From: Longimicrobiales bacterium
GTDB lineage: Bacteria > Gemmatimonadota > Gemmatimonadetes > Longimicrobiales > Gaopeijiaceae
Assembly (NCBI GenBank): GCA_965202805.1
Contig: OZ241869.1
Location: forward strand, 3,936,001 to 4,000,000
Direction: 5' to 3'
Length of the DNA: 64,000 nucleotides
A model generated the notes under the pieces. The model was not told the DNA's origin, ran no database searches, and saw nothing but the letters and a program-made list of their open reading frames with translations. Position 1 is the first letter of the stretch. Every line of letters starts with the position of its first letter. Shown here piece by piece: positions 19,412-26,381 of this stretch. A program made the translations under genes and the position numbers.

Positions 19412-20422
19412 TTGAGCGGGGCCAGCGGGCCTCGCGAGGCGCTGACGGTCAGGGAGGGTGCCGGGCGGCGCGAGACGCTCACGGTCGAGGACGAGCGCCC
19501 GGAGCGCCTGGACACCTGGCTGGCCCGCCGCCTCGAACTGTCGCGCACCCGGGCGGCCCGGCTGGTGGAGCAGGGTCTCGTGCAGGTGGACGGCCGGGCG
19601 GCCAGGAAGTCCGCGCCGGTGGCGGCCGGGCAGCGCGTCGAGGTGGAGATCCCGCCGCCCGAGCCGGTCGACCTGGTTCCCGAGGACATCCCCCTTGCGG
19701 TGGTCCACGAGGACGACGCGCTGCTGGTGGTCGACAAGCCCGCCGGGCTGGTGGTGCACCCGGCGCCCGGCCACCCCCGCGGGACCCTGGTGAACGCGCT
19801 CCTCCACCACGTCGCCGACCTGGCCGGGGTGGGGGGACGGATGCGCCCGGGGATCGTGCATCGCCTCGACCGAGACACCTCCGGGCTGCTGGTGGTGGCG
19901 AAGAACGATGCGGCGCACCGGGCGCTTTCCGCCGAACTGGCCGCGCGCAGGGTGGGCCGCACCTACCTGGCGGCCGCCTGGGGGCACCTGCGCGACACAC
20001 CGCTCACGGTGGATGCCCCCATCGGCCGTGATCCCCGGGCCCGCCAGCGCATGGCGGTGGTGGAGGGGGGGCGCCGGGCCGTCACCCACCTGGCGGTAAG
20101 GGAGCGCTGGGAGGCGGCGGAGCTGCTCGAGGTGCGCCTCGAGACCGGGCGCACCCACCAGATCCGGGTGCACCTGGCGCACATCGGGCACCCGGTGGTG
20201 GGCGATCCCGTGTACGGAGCGGGGCGGGAGCGGGGGGTGGCGGGACCCGCCCGGCGCTGGGCGGGGGAGGTGGCGCGCCGGGCCGGACGCCAGTTCCTGC
20301 ACGCCTGCGCCCTCTCCTTCACCCATCCGCTGCTGGGCACGCGCATGCGCTTCCGTTCACCCCTCCCTCCCGACCTGGTGGAGGTCGCGGAGTGGGCGAG
20401 GACGCACCGGGGATCCCGATGA
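19412..20422 (+). CDS. rluD: RluA/RluD family pseudouridine synthase with S4 domain
   Basis: ERLDTWLA S4 start, DKPAGLVVHP, VHRLDRDTSG, ETGRTHQIRVH; start (TTG 19412) uncertain. Confidence 0.9.
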   Translation: MSGASGPREALTVREGAGRRETLTVEDERPERLDTWLARRLELSRTRAARLVEQGLVQVDGRAARKSAPVAAGQRVEVEIPPPEPVDLVPEDIPLAVVHEDDALLVVDKPAGLVVHPAPGHPRGTLVNALLHHVADLAGVGGRMRPGIVHRLDRDTSGLLVVAKNDAAHRALSAELAARRVGRTYLAAAWGHLRDTPLTVDAPIGRDPRARQRMAVVEGGRRAVTHLAVRERWEAAELLEVRLETGRTHQIRVHLAHIGHPVVGDPVYGAGRERGVAGPARRWAGEVARRAGRQFLHACALSFTHPLLGTRMRFRSPLPPDLVEVAEWARTHRGSR

Positions 20423-21435
20423 GCCTGTCTGGAATCCTCCTGCTGTGCCTGTCCGCGCTGTCGCCGCTACCGCCCCGCGACGCGCCTCCCGGTCAGGACG
20501 CGTACCCCGATCAGGATGCGCGCTATTCCACCCTGACGCGATCGGGGATCACCATGCACTACGCCCCGGGCGACTCCCTGCGCGCCGAGCGACTGCTGAC
20601 CCTGCTGGTGAACGCGCCGGGCCTGCCGGGCCTGCCTCCGGGCCTCCCCGCCACGGCGACCGTCTACCTCGCGGCCTCCGAGGACGACTTCCTGGACTTC
20701 GCCGGCGGTCAGGTCCCGGAATGGAGCGCGGGTCTGGCCATTCCCTCCACCGGCACCATCGTCCTTCCCATGTACGCCGACGACCGCACCCGCGGCTGGA
20801 GCGAGGAGCGCGTGATGCGACACGAATGGGCGCACCTCGGACTGCACGAATACCTGCGTGGCCTGCGTGTCCCGAGGTGGTTCTCCGAAGGGTACGCGGA
20901 ATGGGCCTCCGGGGGATGGAACGCGGCCGAGGGGTGGCGTCTGCGCGTCGCCATGGCGGGAGGCCGCACGCCCCCGCTGGACTCGCTCGCCCTGCAGTGG
21001 CCCGCCGACCGGGCATCCGCGGAAATCGCCTACATGCTCTCCGCCACCGCCGTCGAATACCTGGTGGCGTCCAGCGGCGAACGGGGGCTCGCCCTCTTCC
21101 TGTCCCGCTGGCGCGAGGGCAACTCTTTCGAGGCGGCGCTGCGTCGTACCTTCGGCGTCACCAGCGGGCAGCTCGAGGAAGATTGGGGCCGATACGTGCG
21201 CCGGCGCTACGGCTGGCTCCTGGTGCTGTCCCAGTCGCTCGTCTTCTGGGCTTTTCTGGGGACCTTGCTGGCCGTCATGGTGGTCGTGCGCCGCCGCCGC
21301 GGACGCTGGCGCCTGGCGCGTCTGCGCGCCACCGAACTGCCGGATGATCCGGCCTTCTGGCTTGACCCGCGCCCCCACGATCGGGATTTTGGAGATCATG
21401 GCAAGGAAGCGAACCAACCGCCGGGCAGCCCGTAG
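20419..21435 (+). CDS. Peptidase MA-like zinc metallopeptidase, exported with C-terminal TM
   Basis: HEWAH (HExxH) followed by PRWFSEGYAE; N-terminal signal and C-terminal TM followed by an Arg run. Confidence 0.75.
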   Translation: MSLSGILLLCLSALSPLPPRDAPPGQDAYPDQDARYSTLTRSGITMHYAPGDSLRAERLLTLLVNAPGLPGLPPGLPATATVYLAASEDDFLDFAGGQVPEWSAGLAIPSTGTIVLPMYADDRTRGWSEERVMRHEWAHLGLHEYLRGLRVPRWFSEGYAEWASGGWNAAEGWRLRVAMAGGRTPPLDSLALQWPADRASAEIAYMLSATAVEYLVASSGERGLALFLSRWREGNSFEAALRRTFGVTSGQLEEDWGRYVRRRYGWLLVLSQSLVFWAFLGTLLAVMVVVRRRRGRWRLARLRATELPDDPAFWLDPRPHDRDFGDHGKEANQPPGSP

Positions 21436-21625
21436 CCGGGGCAGAAGCCGCAGCCGCGACGCCGGCTCCCTGCGCTTTTCGCGCAAGAACGGCATTCTCG
21501 GCCTCGCCGGGCTGCTGGTCATCGTCCTGGGTTATGCCCTGCTCGCCCAGGGATCCATCACCGCCGCTCCCCTGCTGCTGGTTCTGGGCTACCTGGTGCT
21601 CCTGCCCCTCGCGCTCGTCCTCTAG
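21398..21625 (+). CDS. Small two-TM membrane protein (DUF3098-like)
   Basis: GGAG RBS, ATG 21398; basic N-terminus, FSRKNGIL...IVLGYALL...SITAAPLLLVLGY. Confidence 0.65.
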   Translation: MARKRTNRRAARSRGRSRSRDAGSLRFSRKNGILGLAGLLVIVLGYALLAQGSITAAPLLLVLGYLVLLPLALVL

Positions 21626-21850
21626 AGCAGCCCGCGGACGAACTCTCCTCGGGCTTTCGAGCGTCGTTGCCAGGGCTGAACCTCGTGCTCCATCATGCCG
21701 GCCCGCCAAGGGGCCACGCTGCGCCCAATTCGGTACCACCAACCCTGTCGGCGCCGACCCGCTTCCCTCCACTGGACCGGTCCCCTCCTCTGGAGTACGA
21801 TGTAGGAAGCTGACCTCGTGCCGCCGAAGCCCTCGGCGAGGAGGATGATC

Positions 21851-22501
21851 ATGTACCAGGTTCCGAATCCGTCGCCCGTCGCCCGCGTCCGTCTGACGGC
21901 CCGCGTCGCGTTGTCGATCCCGTTCCTCGTCCTCGGTCTCGCGGATGCGCGCCAGGCTGCGGCACAGGCTGAAGTGGTGGAGGGCCACGCGCCGTCGCGC
22001 CGCATCGAGTCGATCCGCCCGCGCACGGGTCCCGCGGGCACCCGCGTCAGCATCAACACCGGGGGGCTGCCCGCCATTACCCCGACCCGGATCGGGCTCG
22101 GCGCCGCCCAGTTCGGGTTCGAGGAGATCGGCCAGGAGCTGACCACGGAACGGGGCCGGATCGACATGGCCGTCACGGTTCCCGAGTGGGCGCACCTCGA
22201 CCGGCCCACGGTGTTCATCGTCTTCGACTTCTACTTCCGGCCGCTTGCCCTCTCCAACTACTTCCACGCCACCGACGAAAACGGCATCCTGACCCGCCGG
22301 GGCCAGCTCATTCACGTGGGAGAGCCGTGCTCGGTGCTGTTCGGCGAGTTCGGCGACGTCTACGCGCTGGAAGGCGAGGAGGGCGACTGGGAGATGGGCA
22401 CCGAGGTGGTCGTCCAGGGCGTCCTGACCGAGAGTTCGCCGTGTCTGCACGAGACCACGATCTCGGTTCGAAGCATGCGGCCCGCGCGGAGCGGTTCGTA
22501 G
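21851..22501 (+). CDS. Exported hypothetical protein (IPT-like N-part, DUF5818-like OB C-part with a Cys pair)
   Basis: GAGGAGG RBS; signal-like N-terminus; PRTGPAGTRV; GEPCSVL...YALEG...VVVQG...SPC. Confidence 0.6.
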   Translation: MYQVPNPSPVARVRLTARVALSIPFLVLGLADARQAAAQAEVVEGHAPSRRIESIRPRTGPAGTRVSINTGGLPAITPTRIGLGAAQFGFEEIGQELTTERGRIDMAVTVPEWAHLDRPTVFIVFDFYFRPLALSNYFHATDENGILTRRGQLIHVGEPCSVLFGEFGDVYALEGEEGDWEMGTEVVVQGVLTESSPCLHETTISVRSMRPARSGS

Positions 22502-22627
22502 TAGCCTCAAACTGATGTAGCGGCAGAGCGGGGACTCGCGATCCGGGCCCCGCTTACGCATTTCCGCCTGCATCCCGACGCGGGGCGCAGGCCGCCGATT
22601 CCCACACAATGCCCTGCGGAGGACCCC

Positions 22628-23464
22628 ATGAGACGCCTGCTCCTGGCTCTTGCCTTTGTCCTTCTGGTCCCCTCCACCGCGCTCGCCACCTGGTCGATCG
22701 TCGCCATCGACCTCAGCACCGGGCGCGTCGTGATCGCTTCCGCCACCTGCGCAGCGACCGGCCCCGACCAGCTCAAGCTGCTGCAGGCGGTGGTGGTGCC
22801 CGGCGTGGGCGTGGCCGCCGCCCAGGCGGGCGTGGACCGTACCCACGAGAACCAGAAGCTCATCTTCGCGGAGCTGCAGAACGGCACCGATCCCGTCGAG
22901 ATCATCCGCATGCTGGCGGATGATCCGGACATCGAGCGCCGGCAGTTCGGCATCATCGACATGCAGGGCCGCACTGCGGGGCGCTCGGGCGAGGGCAACC
23001 GGCCCGTGTCGCTGGACATTCAGGGGCGCAGTGCGGACAACATCCTGTACTCGGTCCAGGGCAACATCATCGCGACCACCGAGGCGCTCACCGAGTCCGC
23101 GCGCATCATGCAGGAGGGCACGGACGACGTCATCGACCGGGTCATGCGCGCCATGGAGAGGGCCGACCAGCTGGGCGGCGACAGCCGCTGCACCTGCGAC
23201 ACCGAGCCCCTGCCCGAGGCCTACGCCGACTGCAACGGCAAGACCTCGCACGTCGCCTACATCCTCGCCGCGGACCCGGAAAACACGCTGGGCGAGTTCG
23301 CCGACAACCATCCCGAGGACCTGCGCGCGCCCTACAACGACGGGGAGTACCACCTCTACATCTCCGCCATCCCGACGAACACGCTGCCCCACGAGGATGC
23401 CAATCCGGTGCGGACCCTGCGTATGCGGTATGATGCCTGGAGGGGGTCGTCCGGAGGAGGTTAG
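22628..23464 (+). CDS. DUF1028 family Ntn-hydrolase-like exported protein
   Basis: Signal peptide ending ALA followed by TWSIVAID; RQFGIID, YSVQGNI, GGDSRC. Confidence 0.8.
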   Translation: MRRLLLALAFVLLVPSTALATWSIVAIDLSTGRVVIASATCAATGPDQLKLLQAVVVPGVGVAAAQAGVDRTHENQKLIFAELQNGTDPVEIIRMLADDPDIERRQFGIIDMQGRTAGRSGEGNRPVSLDIQGRSADNILYSVQGNIIATTEALTESARIMQEGTDDVIDRVMRAMERADQLGGDSRCTCDTEPLPEAYADCNGKTSHVAYILAADPENTLGEFADNHPEDLRAPYNDGEYHLYISAIPTNTLPHEDANPVRTLRMRYDAWRGSSGGG

Positions 23465-23494
23465 GTGGGCTTGGACGAGCGGAGGAAGTTCAAG

Positions 23495-23602
23495 TTAGGC
23501 AGGTGCTGAGCTCAGAGCGGTAGCTTGAAAACGCTCGAGCGCAGCCTGTAGGTCCTCCACGATCTCAGCGGCCAGCACGTCCGGTTCAGCGGCACCGGAC
23601 AC
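23495..23602 (-). pseudogene. C-terminal remnant of a type I restriction-modification HsdM (N-6 DNA methylase)
   Basis: Reads VSGAAEPDVLAAEIVEDLQAALERFQAT...*, resembling the PDVLAAEIVEDLQAALEQF-type HsdM C-terminal helix. Confidence 0.6.
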
Positions 23603-23605
23603 CGC

Positions 23606-23893
23606 TCATGCCGTCGCGAAGCGCTCGACCGCGATCTCCGCGGCGCGGGTGCGGGCCTGCCACAGATCGTAGGCCATCTGCATCCCCAGCCAGGTCTCGG
23701 GCGTCGAGCCGAAGGCCTTTGACAGCCGGATCGCCATCTCCACCGAGACCCCCGTGCGCCCGTTGAGCAATTCCGAAAGCGCCTGCCGCGTGACGCCCAG
23801 CCCCTCGGCAGCCCGGGTCACCGTAAGGCCCAGCGGTTCCAGGCACTGCCGCCGAACGATGCCGCCCGGATGCGGCGGGTCGTGCATGGCCAT
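23606..23893 (-). CDS. higA: HigA family antitoxin (HTH)
   Basis: PPHPGG, LGVTRQALSELLNGR, EMAIRLSKAFGSTPETWLGMQMAYDL. Confidence 0.93.
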   Translation of the reverse strand: MAMHDPPHPGGIVRRQCLEPLGLTVTRAAEGLGVTRQALSELLNGRTGVSVEMAIRLSKAFGSTPETWLGMQMAYDLWQARTRAAEIAVERFATA

Positions 23894-23913
23894 GATCGGT
23901 CCTCACCCTGCCG

Positions 23914-24087
23914 TCCCTTCAGGGCGTGCAGCCGGAAACCCGGCAGATCCATGCCCGCTGGTCCCGAACTGAAATCGAGCGCCGCCAGTATGTCCCGCAG
24001 CTTGCCCACATGCTCCGGCGCGACCCGCCGCAGCGTCCTGCCCTCGTAGAGCGCCTTCAGGCCCCGGTGGCGGAACGATGCGATCAT
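23914..24087 (-). pseudogene. higB: Truncated HigB (RelE-like) toxin
   Basis: MIASFRHRGLKALYE...MDLPGFRLHALKG (58 aa). Homology ends 20 nt before the higA ATG, and the frame reads on out of frame into higA. Confidence 0.8.
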
Positions 24088-24093
24088 CGTCCA

Positions 24094-24123
24094 AGTCTAA
24101 GGCTGTCGCCCGTCAATCGACAA
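24094..24123 (-). promoter_or_regulatory. Putative higBA promoter/operator
   Basis: TGTCG-N9-CGACA inverted repeat (24104-24122); minus strand TTGTCG-18-TAGACT with ATG 6 nt downstream (leaderless-like). Confidence 0.5.
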
Positions 24124-24273
24124 CTGGCGAAGCTGAAACCCAGTCGACTCGTGTTTGCGTTGCGCACGCGCACAGAAGCCGGGGTCCGGACCAGTGACCG
24201 TCTGCATGCTCGTGACGATGGGCGACTCGCGTACCGGGTGCAGCGGCTCGCGGCATCCAGTAAGTTCCAAGCA

Positions 24274-24348
24274 GGGCGCTTAGCTCAGCTGGTCGAGAGC
24301 GCCTGCCTTACAAGCAGGAGGTCGGCGGTTCGAATCCGTCAGCGCCCA
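24274..24348 (+). tRNA. tRNA-Val(TAC), CCA not encoded
   Basis: GGGCGCT/AGCGCCC acceptor stem, TAGCTCAGCTGG D-arm, CCTGC-CTTACAA-GCAGG anticodon arm, GGTTCGAATCC T-arm. Confidence 0.96.
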
Positions 24349-24464
24349 TGGCCGGAGATGCCCGTGAGGTTCCGCAACCGCTCCATTCCATGTATCCTGT
24401 CCTGTCGTTCCGTCGGATGGGGCAGCCCGGCGGAGTCGGGTACACCCACAACGCAGGAGACGTA

Positions 24465-24761
24465 ATGAACAAGAAGGAAATGGCGGCCGCTCTCGCTCAG
24501 CAGGCCGATCTCTCCCAGGCGAAGGCAGCGGATGTGCTCAACTGCATCTTCGACACAGGCGCCGGATCGGGTATCATCGCCGGAGAACTCGACGCAGGTG
24601 GAAAGGTGACCGTCCCCGGATTCGGCACCTTCGGCGTCAAGATGCGCGCGGCGCGCACCGGGACCAACCCGGCGACCGGCGAAAAGATCGCCATCGCCGC
24701 CAAGAGGTATGCATTCTTCAAGCCCGGCAAGCCGTTGCGGGACCGCGTAGCCGGGGGATAG
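24465..24761 (+). CDS. hup: HU family DNA-binding protein
   Basis: MNKKEM, GFGTF, RAARTGTNPATGE, FKPGK; AGGAG RBS. Confidence 0.93.
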   Translation: MNKKEMAAALAQQADLSQAKAADVLNCIFDTGAGSGIIAGELDAGGKVTVPGFGTFGVKMRAARTGTNPATGEKIAIAAKRYAFFKPGKPLRDRVAGG

Positions 24762-24776
24762 ATCGTCCACCGCAAC

Positions 24777-26342
24777 GTGAATCCCTCCGTCCCCTCGCCG
24801 GTCGAGTCCGCGGGCGATTCGCGCGCAAGCGGGCCGACCGCGAGCGGGGCCGTCCGATGGGCCAAGGTCATCGACCATTCCCGGTGCATCGGCTGTCATG
24901 CCTGCACCACCGCCTGCAAGTCCGAAAACGAAGTCCCGCTGGGCGTCACCCGCACCTACGTCAAGTACGTCGACGCCGGGGAGTTCCCGCGGACCCGGCG
25001 GGCGTTCCAGGTTACCCGTTGCAACCAGTGCGAGGACGCTCCCTGCGTCACCGCCTGTCCCACCTCGGCCATGTTCCGCCGGTCGGACGGCATCGTGGAC
25101 TTCGACAAGGCCGCGTGCATCGGCTGCAAGGCCTGCATCGCCGCCTGCCCCTACGACGCCATCTTCATCAACCCTGAAGACCATTCGGCGGAGAAGTGCA
25201 ACTTCTGCGCGCACCGGCTGGACATGGGGCTCGAGCCGGCGTGCGTGGTCGTGTGTCCCACGGAAGCGATCCTGGTCGGGGACCTGAGCGATCCGCTCGC
25301 CAAGGTGACCGAGATGGTGCACGAGGACGCGCTCACGGTTCGGCGTCCGGAGAAGGAGACCCGGCCGAAGCTCTTCTACAAGGACGCGCGCCAGGTGACG
25401 CTGGACCCGCTGGCGGCGGCACGGCCCGAGGGGGGGCTCTTCATGTGGAGCGAGCAGGGAAGCGGCGCCGACCAGGTGACGTCGGGCCACCCGGGGTCGA
25501 GCAACTCCTCCGCGGGCGCGATCCTCAGCTACGACGTACCCCACAGCGCTCCCTGGGACGCGCGCGTCAGCCTCTACACCTGGACGAAGTCGATTGCGGC
25601 CGGAGCCTATCTGGTGCCGCTGCTGCTCATCCTGTTCGGGGCGCTCTCCTGGACGGACCCGCTCTGGCTCTTCGGCGCGCCGCTGCTGGCGATGGTGTTT
25701 CTGGTGCTCACGACGGGCCTTCTGATCTGGGATCTGGAGCATCCCGGCCGCTTCCACTACATCCTCCTGCGGCCGCAGTGGCGAAGTTGGCTGGTGCGCG
25801 GCGGGGTCGTGCTGGCCGGATTCGGGGCCGTGCTGGCGATCCATCTGGGGGCGGCCTGGACGGGGGCCTCCGGGGGCGTCCGCGTGCTGGCGCTGGCCGG
25901 AGGCCCGCTGGCCGCCATGACGGCGGTGTATACGGCCTACCTGTTCGCCCAGGCCAAGGCCCGCGACCTGTGGCAGAATCCCCTGCTTCCTCCTCACTTC
26001 CTGGTTCAGGCACTGCTCGCGGGAGCGGTCGCCGTCCATCCCCTGGCGGCGCCCGGGCTGCGTCCGTTGCTGGCGGGCGCGTTCGCGGCCCTCACCGCCG
26101 CTCACCTCCTGCTGATCCTGGGCGAGATCACCATCACGCACGGCACCGCGCACGCGCACCTGGCCGTCCGTGAGCTGACCCGGGGGCGCTTCGCCGCCTG
26201 GTTCCGGGCCGGCATCGTCCTGAGCGCGGTCGGGCTCGCCGCCCCCTGGATCGGGCTGCCGGCGCTGCTGGCCGGACTCGTTGGACTGCTCGCATACGAG
26301 CACGCCTACGTGCAGGCGGGACAGGCCGTCCCCCTGTCGTGA
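24777..26342 (+). CDS. Fusion of a 4x[4Fe-4S] electron transfer subunit and an NrfD/PsrC membrane anchor
   Basis: CIGCHACTTAC, CNQCEDAPCVTACP, CIGCKACIAACPY, KCNFC...PACVVVCP; followed by DLEHPGRF..SWLVRG and multiple TMs. Confidence 0.9.
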   Translation: MNPSVPSPVESAGDSRASGPTASGAVRWAKVIDHSRCIGCHACTTACKSENEVPLGVTRTYVKYVDAGEFPRTRRAFQVTRCNQCEDAPCVTACPTSAMFRRSDGIVDFDKAACIGCKACIAACPYDAIFINPEDHSAEKCNFCAHRLDMGLEPACVVVCPTEAILVGDLSDPLAKVTEMVHEDALTVRRPEKETRPKLFYKDARQVTLDPLAAARPEGGLFMWSEQGSGADQVTSGHPGSSNSSAGAILSYDVPHSAPWDARVSLYTWTKSIAAGAYLVPLLLILFGALSWTDPLWLFGAPLLAMVFLVLTTGLLIWDLEHPGRFHYILLRPQWRSWLVRGGVVLAGFGAVLAIHLGAAWTGASGGVRVLALAGGPLAAMTAVYTAYLFAQAKARDLWQNPLLPPHFLVQALLAGAVAVHPLAAPGLRPLLAGAFAALTAAHLLLILGEITITHGTAHAHLAVRELTRGRFAAWFRAGIVLSAVGLAAPWIGLPALLAGLVGLLAYEHAYVQAGQAVPLS

Positions 26343-26381
26343 GGACCGGATCGTGAAGAACGGCGGCCACAGGATCGTGGC

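Noticed and set aside
15991..19962. 1323-aa minus-strand ORF
   Set aside because: Antisense shadow of ileS and the RluA-family gene.
24274..24348. tRNA-Val as attachment site of an intact integrative element
   Set aside because: No integrase and no duplicated tRNA end were seen in the window; only eroded remnants lie on the 5' side.
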